From an uncultured Bacilli bacterium (GTDB lineage Bacteria; Bacillota_I; Bacilli_A; RF39; UBA660), in contig CANQAK010000004.1 in NCBI GenBank assembly GCA_947589495.1, forward strand, positions 1 to 62,344: a stretch of DNA of 62,344 nt. The letters run 5' to 3'. A program made the translations under genes and the position numbers. Below are positions 1 through 10,850 of this stretch, one piece after another. The notes beneath the pieces were generated by a model that was not told where the DNA came from, did not search any database, and saw only the letters and a program-made list of their open reading frames with translations. Within the stretch, counting starts at the first letter, position 1. Each line of letters starts with the position of its first letter.

Positions 1-159
1 TTATTTTTCTAAATTCCCCCCTCTTTTATCTGTCTAATCTATTGACATATCTCCCGTTAACTTTAAGTAAATTGTATTTTTTTTACACAAATTAAAATAC
101 GTTTTCCTTATTTTAGTGGAATAACGTCAATCATATTTAATTAAATAGTATAATTTTTA

Positions 160-381
160 TTAATTAATTGTATCTAAGATAGAACTAACGATATCAATAG
201 TGTTAATCGCATCACTTATTTTATCAGTAGTTCTTTCTTTATACATATTTTTCATTTCTTTTATAAAATCTTTATAATATTCAGGATTTCTATTTAGATA
301 CTTAATATAATTACTATTTTCATCTAAATATTTTTTAAATTTTTTATTTTCTTGTAATTGTTGTTGTAAAAAATATTCCAT
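160..381 (-). CDS. small YlbE-like hypothetical protein
   Basis: The track ORF 160..393 starts at TTG. An internal ATG at 381 with GAGGA 6 nt upstream is the better start. The motif YLNRNPEYYKDF resembles my recollection of Bacillus YlbE. The gene follows a YlbD-like gene, as in Bacillus. Confidence 0.45.
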   Translation of the reverse strand: MEYFLQQQLQENKKFKKYLDENSNYIKYLNRNPEYYKDFIKEMKNMYKERTTDKISDAINTIDIVSSILDTIN

Positions 382-382
382 A

Positions 383-739
383 TTAATCCTCAAAAAATTT
401 ATTTAAAGGTCTACTAGTTAAAGGACCTTTTATAGCATTTTGAATATTACTTGTTCCTTTAGTAGTTAAATCTTCCACTACTCCTAAAGCTTTCTGAGCA
501 GTATTAATATGTTTTTGAATTTCATCTAAATTTATATTTTTCATAATATCAGTAATTTTTGGTGGATTTATTCTAGTAGGAGCGGAAGCTCTCTCATAAG
601 GTTTCCATGCACTTTCATCATTACCATAAACATCATATATTTCATAAAACGATTGCAATGTCATCTCTTTATTTTTAATAAATTCCACTAATTCTGGTTT
701 ATTACGCATAAATTCTTTAAATTCTTCTTTTTTACTCAC
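383..739 (-). CDS. YlbD-like protein (putative spore-coat associated)
   Basis: GTG start with GGTGA 6 nt upstream. The N-terminal FKEFMRNKPELVEFIKNKEMTLQSFYEIYDVYGNDESAW resembles Bacillus YlbD (FKEFVKKHPKLI...WQEIYEEW). This similarity is from memory only. Confidence 0.45.
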   Translation of the reverse strand: MSKKEEFKEFMRNKPELVEFIKNKEMTLQSFYEIYDVYGNDESAWKPYERASAPTRINPPKITDIMKNINLDEIQKHINTAQKALGVVEDLTTKGTSNIQNAIKGPLTSRPLNKFFED

Positions 740-782
740 TCTTATTCACCTAGTATATTTTATGATTAACTAGATATTTTTA

Positions 783-3257
783 TTATAATTTAAAGTCTTT
801 AGTAAAATCTTCTAAAGATTCTTTTTTTGGAGTTTCTTCAATTACTTTCTTTTCTTCTTTTTTCATAATTTTTTGAATTTCATATTTTAAAGCAAATTCA
901 TTAATATAACCTTTTCCTATATTACTACCATTACTTTGTAAATCCATTATTGGTATTTCACTATTTTTTAATTCTGTAATTTCATTATCTTTTTTAATAA
1001 TAATTATATCTTTAGCATTAGTAACATAAGCATTAACAACTTCATAGTTAACTGTTTTATTTTTCTTAATTAATAAACTACCTCTTTTAGCTCTACTAGT
1101 AACTTGTAAATCATCCATTTTTATTCTTTTAGCAGTATTATTATTTGTAAAAACATTTAAATATTCATCTAGATTACTAAAAGAAGAACCATATATAACT
1201 ACATCATCTTTTAAATTAATACTTTTTACTCCACTTGTTTTTAAACCACTTAATGGTACTTCATCAATTTTATATCTTAAATAATAACAATTTTTAGTTA
1301 CTAATAAAATATCTTCTTGACTAATAGATACATTTACTAATTCATCATTTTCTTTTAATTTAATTGCAGTATAAGTTTTATTATATCTTGAAACAATTAA
1401 AGATTTTTCATCAATTTGTTTAATCATTCCATTTCTAGTAAATAAAGTTAAATTTTTATTTTCTTCTAAAACAAAACTTGCTATTATTTTTTCATTTTCT
1501 TGTAAATTAACAATATTATTAACATGTTTACCTAATTCTTTCCATTTTGCTTCAAAAATTTTATGAACAGGAATAAACAAATAATTACCTAAATTAGTAA
1601 ATAAAATTAAATTTTCTAATGTAGTAGTTTCAAAAATATTAGTTACATAATCTCCTGGTTTCAATAAAGTTTCACCATCTCTAGCTCCAAATGATTTAGA
1701 AGATACTCTTTTTATATAACCTTCATTTGTAACTACAACGTTAACATTTTCTTTAGGTATTATACTTTGTAAATTTATTTTTATTTCTGTTATTTCATCA
1801 ACTATTTCAGTTTTTCTTGGTGTAGCATATTCTTTTTTAATTATTTTAAGTTCTTTTTTCATTACATATTTTAATGCTTCTTCATCACTTAAAATAGCTT
1901 TTAAACCTTCAATTAATTTCTTTAAAGCTTCCATTTCTTCTTCAAGTGCTACTACATCAGTATTAGTTAAACGATATAATTGTAAATTTACTATAGCTTC
2001 TGCTTGTTCTAAAGTAAATTTAAATTTTTCTACTAAATTATTTTTAGCATCACTTTTATTTTTACTTGCTCTAATTACTTTAATAACTTCATCTAAAATA
2101 GATATACATTTAATAAGTCCTTCAACTATATGTAATCTTTTTTCTTTAACTTGTAAATCAAATTTACATCTTCTTGTAATTACTTCTTTTTGATGAGTAA
2201 TATAAGCATCAATAATTTCTAATATTCCAAGTGTTTTTGGAGCCCTATTAACAATGGCAACCATATTATAATTATAAGATATTTGTAAATCAGTATTTTT
2301 AAGTAAATAATTTAAAATCAGTTCACGATTAGCTCCACTTTTAAGATCAATAACAATTCTTAAACCTTCTCTATCTGATTCATCTCTTACTTCTGCAATA
2401 CCATCTATTTTCTTATCAATTCTAATAGCATCTATTTTATTAACTAATATAGCTTTGTTAACATCAAAAGGAATTTCAGAAATAATAATTTTTTCTTTTC
2501 CTTTTTCTTTGACAACTTTATATTTAGATTTAACAATAATTCGACCTTTACCAGTTTTAAAAGCTTCTCTTATACCATTTTTTCCTTCACATATAGCCCC
2601 AGTAGGGAAATCTGGACCTTTAACTATTTCTAAAATAGTATCTAAATGACAATTAGGAGAATCAATTCTTTTTATAGTAGCATCAATGATTTCCCCTAGA
2701 TTATGGGGAGGAATATTTGTAGCATATCCCGCACTTATTCCCATTGTTCCATTGACTAATAAATTAGGATATTTTGCTGGTAAAACAGTAGGTTCAAGTA
2801 ATCTATCATCAAAATTAGGAGCCCATTCTACAGTATCTTTATCTAAATCACATAGTAATTCATTACTAATTTTAGAAAGTCTTGCTTCAGTATAACGATA
2901 AGCTGCTGCTGGATCTCCATCCATTGAACCATTATTACCTTTCATGTCAATTAAAATAGCATTTTGTTTCCACCATTGACTCATTCTTACCATAGCATCA
3001 TATACTGAAGAATCTCCATGGGGATGATATTTACCTAAAACATCTCCAACAGTAGTAGCACTCTTTAAATAATTTTTATCATAAGTATTACCAGATTTCC
3101 ACATGGCAAATAAAATTCTTCTTTGAACAGGTTTAAGTCCATCTCTAACATCAGGAATAGCTCTATCTTGAATAATTTCCTTTGCATAGGAAGCAAAACT
3201 TTTTTCCATGATTTCTTCAAGAGCATAATCTTCAATTTTTTTTAATATTTCTTGCAT
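783..3257 (-). CDS. parC: DNA topoisomerase IV subunit A
   Basis: 824 aa. Type IIA topoisomerase A-subunit motifs are present: [37 protein letters not shown] and the catalytic [16 protein letters not shown] and MSQ.W are ParC-like rather than GyrA-like. It lies immediately downstream of the B subunit. Confidence 0.85.
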   Translation of the reverse strand: MQEILKKIEDYALEEIMEKSFASYAKEIIQDRAIPDVRDGLKPVQRRILFAMWKSGNTYDKNYLKSATTVGDVLGKYHPHGDSSVYDAMVRMSQWWKQNAILIDMKGNNGSMDGDPAAAYRYTEARLSKISNELLCDLDKDTVEWAPNFDDRLLEPTVLPAKYPNLLVNGTMGISAGYATNIPPHNLGEIIDATIKRIDSPNCHLDTILEIVKGPDFPTGAICEGKNGIREAFKTGKGRIIVKSKYKVVKEKGKEKIIISEIPFDVNKAILVNKIDAIRIDKKIDGIAEVRDESDREGLRIVIDLKSGANRELILNYLLKNTDLQISYNYNMVAIVNRAPKTLGILEIIDAYITHQKEVITRRCKFDLQVKEKRLHIVEGLIKCISILDEVIKVIRASKNKSDAKNNLVEKFKFTLEQAEAIVNLQLYRLTNTDVVALEEEMEALKKLIEGLKAILSDEEALKYVMKKELKIIKKEYATPRKTEIVDEITEIKINLQSIIPKENVNVVVTNEGYIKRVSSKSFGARDGETLLKPGDYVTNIFETTTLENLILFTNLGNYLFIPVHKIFEAKWKELGKHVNNIVNLQENEKIIASFVLEENKNLTLFTRNGMIKQIDEKSLIVSRYNKTYTAIKLKENDELVNVSISQEDILLVTKNCYYLRYKIDEVPLSGLKTSGVKSINLKDDVVIYGSSFSNLDEYLNVFTNNNTAKRIKMDDLQVTSRAKRGSLLIKKNKTVNYEVVNAYVTNAKDIIIIKKDNEITELKNSEIPIMDLQSNGSNIGKGYINEFALKYEIQKIMKKEEKKVIEETPKKESLEDFTKDFKL

Positions 3258-3259
3258 AA

Positions 3260-5170
3260 CTAACCTTCTACTCTATAACTATCTTCCATAGTAAAGACAA
3301 TATTTTCTTCAATCCATTCTTTTCTTGGTTCAACTTTATCACCCATTAAAACATTTACTCTTTTTTCTGCAAGAGCAGCATCATAAATATTAACACGCAT
3401 TAAAGTTCTAGTATCTGGATTCATTGTAGTATCCCATAATTCATCTGCATTCATTTCTCCTAAACCTTTGTTTCTTGAGATAGTTGGTTTACCACTGTTT
3501 TCTGCAACAATTTTAAATCTTTCATCATCACTGTAAGCATAAAAATGTTTTTTACCATAATCTATTTTATATAATGGTGGTTTAGCTACATAAACTTTAC
3601 CAGCTTCTATTAAAGGTCTCATAAAACGATAAAAGAAAGTTAATAAAAGAATTTGAATATGAGAACCATCGACATCGGCATCAGTCATTATAATAACTTT
3701 ATCATAATTTGAATCTTCAGCAATAAAATCACTACCAATACCTGCCCCAATAGTATGAATAATAGTATTTATTTCTTCATTTTTTAAAATCTCTGCTACA
3801 CTAGTTTTTTCGGCATTAATAACTTTACCTCTTAAAGGTAAAATAGCTTGAAACTTTCTATTTCTTCCCATTTTTGCAGAACCACCAGCAGAATCTCCTT
3901 CGACTAAAAATAATTCATTTATTTTAGCATTTTTACTAGTTGCTGGAGCAAGCTTTCCAGATAAATTCTTTTCAATTTTCATCTTGCCTTTACCATTTCT
4001 AGCTTCTTCTCTTGCTTTTCTAGCAGCTTCTCTTGCAACTTTACTTTTTGATGCTTTATCAACTATATTTAAAGCAATTTCTTTATTTTCTTCTAAAAAG
4101 AATTTAATATTTTCATATGTAACACTTTCGGTGATACTTCTAGCTTCTGGTGTACCAAGTTTACCCTTTGTTTGTCCTTCAAATTGTAATAAATTTTCTG
4201 GTATTTTTAAATTAATAACAGCACTTAAGCCTTCTCTTACATCACTACCATCAAAAGTATTATCTTTTCCTTTAATTAAATTATTCATTTTAACATAATC
4301 ATTAAATGCTTTGGTTATACCTGTTTTAAATCCTACTTCATGTGTACCACCATCAGTTGTTTTAACATTGTTTACAAAAGAGACAATATTTTCATTATAT
4401 GTGTCAGTATATTGCATAGCAATATTTACTTCTATATCATTTTTCTTCCCTGTAAAATTAAGAACTTTATGTAATACATTTTTATCTTCATCCATATATT
4501 CAATAAAATTAGTAAGTCCTTCTTCATAATGATATTTTACTTCTCTTTTATTATCTTCATCAATAACTTCAATAGTAACATTAGGTATTAAAAAAGCACT
4601 TTCTTGCATTCTTTCACAAATTGTTGTATAAGAAAAATTACAATTTTTAAAAATACTATAATCAGGCCAGAATGTTACAACAGTACCTGTTTTTTTTGAT
4701 TCTCCAATAGTTTTAAGTGGAGAATCTACTTTTCCACCATCTTTAAAACGAATGTTAGAAATAACTCCTTCTCTATAAATAATTACATCCATTTTAGTAC
4801 TTAAAGCATTTACAACAGAACCACCAACACCATGAAGTCCTCCACTTACTTTATAGTTGCCTTCTTCAAATTTACCTCCAGCATGTAAAATTGTATAAAT
4901 AACTTCTGGTGTAGATTTACCACTTTCATGCATTCCAATAGGAACACCTCGACCATTGTCTGCAACTGTTATACTACCATCTTTATGTAAAACTATTTTT
5001 ATATGATTTCCATAACCATTTATTATTTCATCTATAGAATTATCAACTATTTCCCAAACTAAATGATGAAGTCCTCTTTTATCAGTTGAACCAATATACA
5101 TTCCTGGTCTTTTTCTAACTGCTTCAAGTCCTTCTAAAATTTTTATTGATGATGCATCATACTTTGTCAT
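3260..5170 (-). CDS. parE: DNA topoisomerase IV subunit B
   Basis: 636 aa. It has a GHKL ATPase N-terminus ([32 protein letters not shown]), the Toprim motif [10 protein letters not shown] and the motif [11 protein letters not shown]. It is paired with the ParC-like gene. Confidence 0.85.
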   Translation of the reverse strand: MTKYDASSIKILEGLEAVRKRPGMYIGSTDKRGLHHLVWEIVDNSIDEIINGYGNHIKIVLHKDGSITVADNGRGVPIGMHESGKSTPEVIYTILHAGGKFEEGNYKVSGGLHGVGGSVVNALSTKMDVIIYREGVISNIRFKDGGKVDSPLKTIGESKKTGTVVTFWPDYSIFKNCNFSYTTICERMQESAFLIPNVTIEVIDEDNKREVKYHYEEGLTNFIEYMDEDKNVLHKVLNFTGKKNDIEVNIAMQYTDTYNENIVSFVNNVKTTDGGTHEVGFKTGITKAFNDYVKMNNLIKGKDNTFDGSDVREGLSAVINLKIPENLLQFEGQTKGKLGTPEARSITESVTYENIKFFLEENKEIALNIVDKASKSKVAREAARKAREEARNGKGKMKIEKNLSGKLAPATSKNAKINELFLVEGDSAGGSAKMGRNRKFQAILPLRGKVINAEKTSVAEILKNEEINTIIHTIGAGIGSDFIAEDSNYDKVIIMTDADVDGSHIQILLLTFFYRFMRPLIEAGKVYVAKPPLYKIDYGKKHFYAYSDDERFKIVAENSGKPTISRNKGLGEMNADELWDTTMNPDTRTLMRVNIYDAALAEKRVNVLMGDKVEPRKEWIEENIVFTMEDSYRVEG

Positions 5171-5249
5171 ATTCTATTCACCATAACTATTGTAACATAG
5201 TAAAAAAATCCATTCAACTAATCATGGACATTTTTTTGACACTTACTTT

Positions 5250-5286
5250 TTTTTAAAAAGAAAAGAATAGACTTGAAAATCTATTC
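5250..5286 (-). terminator. intrinsic terminator after the 5293..6369 gene
   Basis: Stem gaatag (5265..5270) pairs with ctattc (5281..5286). A U-run follows on the minus strand (plus-strand A-run 5255..5264). Confidence 0.5.
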
Positions 5287-5292
5287 CATTAA

Positions 5293-6369
5293 TTATTTAT
5301 TAATTGTATAAGTTTCTCCAGATAAATCATCTAAATTATAATCATTGAACATTGGATATTCTACTTTTTCAGGAATTTCAGGTTCTGTACTTTCCTTTTT
5401 TAGAGTAGGAAGTTCAATATCTAATTCTTCACTAGTTGGTACACTTACAGCTTCTCTATTTTCTGGTAAATCTATTTTTGGCATTTCAATATTTTCTTCT
5501 TTTTCTGGAACATAAACAGAACTAAATACTTGAGGACCATTTTTATATGTTGATGAAGTATTTACATCAGGTTGTACAGGTGTAGATGGAACGGGATTAA
5601 CTGGAATATCAATAACTGGTTCTGGTATTGGAGTACTAACTTGTTCCATTACTGGTTCTGTAAAACTAGGATTTTGTACTGTATTTGTTTCTAAGTTATT
5701 AATATTATTTATATCATGAGTTGGAACTTCATTAAATACAAATGGTTTTTCTTCAACTTTATCAAGTAATGGTTTATTTTCTATAGGAATTTCTTGATTA
5801 ATAACAGGTTGTACTATAGGTTCACTATTATTTTCTACATTACTCATAATATTTTCTTCAGGATTATTTTGAACTACTGGAGTATCTACTACATTATTTT
5901 CTAAAACTACTCCATTTGGTTCTTGATTATTACTCATATTAGAATTAAGATCCACATTATTATTAACATTACTATTAATATCATTATTTATATTGTTATT
6001 AGTATTTAAATCATTGTTAATAACATTAGCATTATTAACATCCATTTGAGGAGTATTAATTACTGGTTGAATTTCAGTTTCAGGTACATTATTAATTACA
6101 GGAATATCTTCAATTTTAGTCACTACTATTGTATCATTTTCTAATTTTTGAGCTTCTGTTTGAACATTTGTAGCTACACTATCTTCTTTAAAAGCATCAG
6201 CATTATTAATTTGTTGTAATTTTTTAGTAGCTTCTATCTCCCTATGTTTTTGATCTTTCTTACCAAAGAATAATATAATTATAAAAAGCAATAATAAAAC
6301 TGCGATTGATATCATTAAATATGTACCAAAATATTCATAACTATATAATTTATTTAAAAAATTTTCCAT
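5293..6369 (-). CDS. membrane-anchored low-complexity (Asn/Pro/Val/Glu-rich) protein
   Basis: One N-terminal TM helix (YLMISIAVLLLLFIIILFF) is followed by a long N/P/V/E-rich low-complexity region. I recognised no family. Confidence 0.55.
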   Translation of the reverse strand: MENFLNKLYSYEYFGTYLMISIAVLLLLFIIILFFGKKDQKHREIEATKKLQQINNADAFKEDSVATNVQTEAQKLENDTIVVTKIEDIPVINNVPETEIQPVINTPQMDVNNANVINNDLNTNNNINNDINSNVNNNVDLNSNMSNNQEPNGVVLENNVVDTPVVQNNPEENIMSNVENNSEPIVQPVINQEIPIENKPLLDKVEEKPFVFNEVPTHDINNINNLETNTVQNPSFTEPVMEQVSTPIPEPVIDIPVNPVPSTPVQPDVNTSSTYKNGPQVFSSVYVPEKEENIEMPKIDLPENREAVSVPTSEELDIELPTLKKESTEPEIPEKVEYPMFNDYNLDDLSGETYTINK

Positions 6370-6455
6370 TTAAATAAGCACCTCTTTATTCTACTATAAT
6401 ATAGATTAACATAAAAATTGTATTATTTCAAGATTTTAAGATTTATTTTTATAAA

Positions 6456-6698
6456 CTAAAACATTTTATCAATATTTTCTGGTACATTACCTCCCACTAC
6501 TCTTGAAACTATTTTATCACTTTGTTCTTTTGATATTTTTTTACCAGTCATTTTACTCAAAGTATCAATAACTTCTCTTAATGTTTGTTCATCTTTCATA
6601 TTTCCGTTTTGTAACTTTTGAGCTAATCCAATAATTGTATTTTTATCTACTTTAGTTTTCTTTTCAACTTTATTAAAAAAAGAATCACTTAAATTCAT
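6456..6698 (-). CDS. stage VI sporulation protein F-like
   Basis: 80 aa. FFNKVEKKTKVDKNTIIGLAQKLQNGNMKDEQTLREVIDTLSKMTGKKISKEQ matches the SpoVIF/YjcC pattern as I remember it. Confidence 0.55.
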   Translation of the reverse strand: MNLSDSFFNKVEKKTKVDKNTIIGLAQKLQNGNMKDEQTLREVIDTLSKMTGKKISKEQSDKIVSRVVGGNVPENIDKMF

Positions 6699-6746
6699 GT
6701 TTCACCTCTAACATATTATATGCCTAAGTAATTCTTTTGTTTCTTT

Positions 6747-7088
6747 TTATTTTTTATTGATTTTTTCTTCTAAAATAGATATTTCTTGTACTAAACTTTT
6801 ATTAATTTCATATAACTTAGATATACTTGTATAAATAGCAAATACTATATAAAATAATAAGAAAATTGCTATTAAAAATAACATATTGGGAGCATCTTTA
6901 AAACCACATATATTAGCTATATATTCAATTATATTTGGGAATATTATTAAAATTAACATAATTAAAAATATTAATGTCCAATACATACCATATTTCATTG
7001 ATATATTTTTATTTTTTATAGTTTTAAATATCATTATTAATCCAATAATTAAAAAAATAATTAAAAATACTCTTAAATTAAATTCCAT
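6747..7088 (-). CDS. small multi-pass membrane protein (DUF2304-like)
   Basis: 113 aa with 3-4 TM helices. It sits directly downstream of a GT2 polyprenol-phosphate glycosyltransferase, the usual DUF2304 context. Confidence 0.5.
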   Translation of the reverse strand: MEFNLRVFLIIFLIIGLIMIFKTIKNKNISMKYGMYWTLIFLIMLILIIFPNIIEYIANICGFKDAPNMLFLIAIFLLFYIVFAIYTSISKLYEINKSLVQEISILEEKINKK

Positions 7089-7091
7089 TTA

Positions 7092-7808
7092 CTATCTTTT
7101 CCTTTCAATAAAACTTCTTACTAACATAGCATATGATACTTTTACCATATAATAAATACTTTTTGTCGGAGTAACAAATGATTTTCCATGAACTCTTTTA
7201 TGCATTTTAACAGGTATTTCTTTAACTTTATAACCATTTTTAATAACTACTAAAACTGTTTCTGGTTCTGGATAATCATTAGGATAATCCTCTGCAAACA
7301 TTTTTATAATATCTTTATTTACTGCTCGAAAACCAGAAGTCATATCATAAATTTTTTTATTTGTTGTTAATTTTAAAATAAAAGATAATATAACATTTCC
7401 AAATTGTCTTATTTTAGTTGATTTAAATTCACTTAAATTTTTTATATATCTTGAGCCAACAGTCATATCACATTCACCATTTATAATTGGTTTAACTAAA
7501 TCATTAATATATTCGGCATCATGTTGATTATCTCCATCAAATTGAATAGCTATATCATAATTATTTTTTAAAGCATAAATATACCCAGTTTGAACTGAAC
7601 CTCCAATTCCTAAATTATGAATTAAATTTATTACTGGTAAATTATTTTTTTCACATATTTCTTTTGTATTATCTTTAGATCCATCATTAATTACAATATA
7701 ATCTAATTTATAATCACAATTAACTTTTACTTTATCTAAATTATGACATACATCTAAAATATTTTCTTCTTCATTATAAGCTGGTACAATTACTAAAACT
7801 CTTTTCAT
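7092..7808 (-). CDS. GT2 family glycosyltransferase (polyprenol-phosphate sugar synthase-like)
   Basis: It has VLVIVPAYNEEENI, the INDGSKDNT DxD region and the short GT2 architecture. The track start is 7829. The ATG at 7808 (MKRVLVIV) with upstream GGTGA avoids overlap with the preceding gene. Confidence 0.75.
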   Translation of the reverse strand: MKRVLVIVPAYNEEENILDVCHNLDKVKVNCDYKLDYIVINDGSKDNTKEICEKNNLPVINLIHNLGIGGSVQTGYIYALKNNYDIAIQFDGDNQHDAEYINDLVKPIINGECDMTVGSRYIKNLSEFKSTKIRQFGNVILSFILKLTTNKKIYDMTSGFRAVNKDIIKMFAEDYPNDYPEPETVLVVIKNGYKVKEIPVKMHKRVHGKSFVTPTKSIYYMVKVSYAMLVRSFIERKR

Positions 7809-7812
7809 AACA

Positions 7813-9087
7813 TCACCACTTTTTTTCATCTTTTTTTATTAAATTAATTATAGCTTTAGCTTTTTCACTCCAATCATTTTCCTTAGCTTCTTTATCTAAT
7901 AAATCAATATAATCTTTTTTATCTTTTAATGCCATAGATTCCTCTAATTTATTAATAAAATCTTCATGATTTTTACCAATTAATACTGATTTATATTTTA
8001 AACATTCTAATAAATTTGTTGTAACTATTGGTTTATGTAAAGCCATATATTCAAATATTTTAACAGGACTTGTAGATTTAGTTATATCATTTAATAAAAA
8101 TGGAATTATTAATATATCACATAATTTAGCATAATATTTTAAAATTTTATAATCTCTTGAACCCATAAAATAAATATTTTTTTCATCATTTATATTTTCA
8201 TCATAAGATTCATCATACTTAATTCCAAATAAAATTACATTATATTTATCAGTTTTAGCAATTTTTTTTATTAATTTATAATCAAACCATTTTGCTAAAG
8301 CACCATAATAACAAACATTAATTTTACCATTATTAATTATATTTAGATAATCTTTTTCAACTTGATAGTCATCTTTAAAATTTTTAAAAAAATTATAATC
8401 TACTCCATTAGAAGAAAATGCTAAATTAACTTCTCCTCTTTTTTTAACAACATCTTTTTTTAATTCATCTGCTGTTACTACAACATAAACATCTTTATTA
8501 GTCATTGCATATTCATATTTTTGAATAATATTTTGAGGCAATTCTTTAGTACCGGCAAGTTCTGGACTTAAATGATCAATATATTCATAAATAAATCTAA
8601 AACCATTATTAATATAATTTTTTATATCTTCTATAGTTAATTTCCAATCAGTAGAATAAAGTTCTATATATTTTGGTTTATTAATATTTTTTAACTCTTG
8701 CATAAGTAATTTATTTAATAAAATATTATTAAAATTAAATAAATATAAATTATTATCTTGCTTCTTTATTGTTTTTACTTTATCAGTCATTGTAGTTACT
8801 TCATATAAAAGTAAACATTTATTTTTAGCTAAATTATTTGCAATATGTTGAGGTCTTTGAAAAAGAGGAACATTATAACCAAAACTACTTCTCCATAAAA
8901 TAATTCTGTCATAATTACTATTTAAAATATTTTTTATTTCTTTTCGATATTTATTTTTTTGAAAAAATACTTTAAAACTAATTTTATCTAAATAATTTGC
9001 TTTAATATAAGCATATAATTTTTTAAAAAATCCTATAAATCCATATTTTTTATAAACATTTACTAATTTTGATATTTTATCTTTCAT
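7813..9087 (-). CDS. glycosyltransferase (GT1/GT4-like C-terminal domain)
   Basis: 424 aa. The C-terminal SPVKIFEYMALHKPIVTT resembles the GT-B nucleotide-sugar binding motif. Confidence 0.5.
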   Translation of the reverse strand: MKDKISKLVNVYKKYGFIGFFKKLYAYIKANYLDKISFKVFFQKNKYRKEIKNILNSNYDRIILWRSSFGYNVPLFQRPQHIANNLAKNKCLLLYEVTTMTDKVKTIKKQDNNLYLFNFNNILLNKLLMQELKNINKPKYIELYSTDWKLTIEDIKNYINNGFRFIYEYIDHLSPELAGTKELPQNIIQKYEYAMTNKDVYVVVTADELKKDVVKKRGEVNLAFSSNGVDYNFFKNFKDDYQVEKDYLNIINNGKINVCYYGALAKWFDYKLIKKIAKTDKYNVILFGIKYDESYDENINDEKNIYFMGSRDYKILKYYAKLCDILIIPFLLNDITKSTSPVKIFEYMALHKPIVTTNLLECLKYKSVLIGKNHEDFINKLEESMALKDKKDYIDLLDKEAKENDWSEKAKAIINLIKKDEKKW

Positions 9088-9132
9088 ATATTACCTCAAT
9101 TTCTTATTTTTATTATAATTAATTAAACTCAT

Positions 9133-10137
9133 TTAAGAGTTTTTTTGAATGAAGTTATAAGCATCTTTGCACATATCTTCTAAAGTAAATTCAGTTTTCC
9201 AATTTAATTCTTTTAAGGCTTTATCGGCACTTGCATAACAAGTTGCAATATCCCCACTTCTTCTTGGAGCAATTTTATAAGGAATTTTAACATTATTTAC
9301 TTTTTCAAAAGTTTTAACTATTTCTAAAACACTATAACCTTTACCAGTTCCAAGATTATAAATAAATAAACCTTTAGAACAATTATCTAATTTATTTAAT
9401 CCATTAACATGAGCTTTAGCTAAATCCATAATGTGAATATAATCTCTTACTCCCGTACCATCTGGGGTATCATAATCGTTTCCAAATACATTTAAACATT
9501 CTAATTCTTGATTAGCAACTTTGCATATATATGGCATTAAATTAGCTGGTATTCCATTTGGATTTTCACCAATTAAACCAGATTTATGTGCTCCGATAGG
9601 ATTAAAATATCTAAATATACATATTTTCCATTCATTATCTGAATTATATAAATCATTTAATATTTTTTCAACAAATAATTTACTTGTTCCATATGGATTA
9701 GTAGTTCCACCAATTAGAGCTTCCTCAGTTATAGGAAAAGTTTTTGGTTCCCCATAAACTGTTGCACTACTACTAAAAATTAATGATTTAACATTAAACT
9801 TTTTCATTACACTAATTAAAACTAAAACTGTACTAACATTATTAATATAATATTCAATGGGTTTAGAAACACTATCTCCAACTGATTTAAAAGCGGCAAA
9901 ATCAATTACAGAATTTATTTCATTTTCAGAAAAAATTTTTTCTAGTAATTCTTTATTAATCATGTCGCCTTCATAAAATTTAATTTCTTTACCTGTAATT
10001 TCTTTAATCTTATCTAAAACATCCCTTTTACTATTACTAAAATTATCAAGGCCAATAACTTCATAACCATGTTCTAATAATTCTACACAAGTATGACTAC
10101 CAATATAACCACAACAACCTGTAACAAATACTTTCAT
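9133..10137 (-). CDS. galE: UDP-glucose 4-epimerase
   Basis: 334 aa. It has the Rossmann motif VTGCCGYIGSH, the SSSATVYG and YGTSK catalytic motifs, and typical GalE length. Confidence 0.85.
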   Translation of the reverse strand: MKVFVTGCCGYIGSHTCVELLEHGYEVIGLDNFSNSKRDVLDKIKEITGKEIKFYEGDMINKELLEKIFSENEINSVIDFAAFKSVGDSVSKPIEYYINNVSTVLVLISVMKKFNVKSLIFSSSATVYGEPKTFPITEEALIGGTTNPYGTSKLFVEKILNDLYNSDNEWKICIFRYFNPIGAHKSGLIGENPNGIPANLMPYICKVANQELECLNVFGNDYDTPDGTGVRDYIHIMDLAKAHVNGLNKLDNCSKGLFIYNLGTGKGYSVLEIVKTFEKVNNVKIPYKIAPRRSGDIATCYASADKALKELNWKTEFTLEDMCKDAYNFIQKNS

Positions 10138-10214
10138 ATTAACACCTATCCTTTATTAATTTAATTATAACATATATTTAAAAAACTTCGTTATTAATTA
10201 AACGAAGTTAAAAA

Positions 10215-10850
10215 TTAAAATTCATCTGGCCAAAAATAATCTTCTAACATCAAACATAAGCAATGATAAATTGGCAAATGATATTCTTGAATTTTATAAG
10301 TTTCCAATGCTGGAGCTTTTATAGTAATGTCTGCTATTTGTGATAAATCACTATCATTTTGACCAGTTAAAGCAACAACTTTCATACCTTTAGCTTTAGC
10401 AGTAATTGCAGCCATTACTACATTTTTTGAATTACCAGAAGTAGATATTCCAAAAAATAAATCACCTTTATTTCCATAACCCAATACTTGTTGCGCAAAC
10501 GTTACTAAGGGATCTACATCATTTAGAAATGCTGTATTTAAACTTTCATGATTATTTAAAGAAATAGTAGGTAAAGCACCTTGTAAGTTGTTACAAAGTT
10601 CTTCACCATATTTTTTATTTTTCTTTATTTTTTTTATTAATGAATCAGGAATTTTTCTTTTTCTACAAAAAGATTTCATTAATTCTCCTACTATGTGATT
10701 AGAATCAGCAGCAGAACCACCATTACCTACAACTAAAACTAAATGATTATTTTTATAGGTTTGAACAAATAATTTAAAAACTTTTTCTAAATCATCTTTT
10801 ATTACTTCTAATTCTTTATATCTTTTTATTAAATCATCAATTCTTTTCAT
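10215..10850 (-). CDS. gmhA: SIS-domain phosphoheptose isomerase
   Basis: 211 aa. The SIS motifs GNGGSAADSNH and GISTSGNSKNV are present. It is adjacent to the heptose kinase, phosphatase and nucleotidyltransferase genes. Confidence 0.8.
   Translation of the reverse strand: MKRIDDLIKRYKELEVIKDDLEKVFKLFVQTYKNNHLVLVVGNGGSAADSNHIVGELMKSFCRKRKIPDSLIKKIKKNKKYGEELCNNLQGALPTISLNNHESLNTAFLNDVDPLVTFAQQVLGYGNKGDLFFGISTSGNSKNVVMAAITAKAKGMKVVALTGQNDSDLSQIADITIKAPALETYKIQEYHLPIYHCLCLMLEDYFWPDEF

Noticed and set aside
16-21. C6 run near the window start as another phase-variable tract.
   Set aside because: It is only 6 nt long. It lies downstream of the last gene on that side, with no associated promoter or ORF visible in the window.
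2455-4529. Plus-strand ORFs inside parC and parE (2455..2649, 2686..2895, 3984..4298 and 4311..4529).
   Set aside because: They are antisense to highly conserved housekeeping genes with unmistakable motifs, so they are shadow ORFs. The same reasoning applies to 6886..7152, 9521..9757, 19127..19309, 24031..24216, 55590..55775, 57332..57622 and 59569..59772.
783-5170. Assignment as gyrB-gyrA instead of parE-parC.
   Set aside because: The A subunit has KPVQRR and MSQWW rather than the GyrA-type KPVHRR and MAQ.F. The locus lacks the dnaA/dnaN/recF origin context typical of gyrBA. I cannot confirm this without a phylogeny, hence confidence below 0.9.
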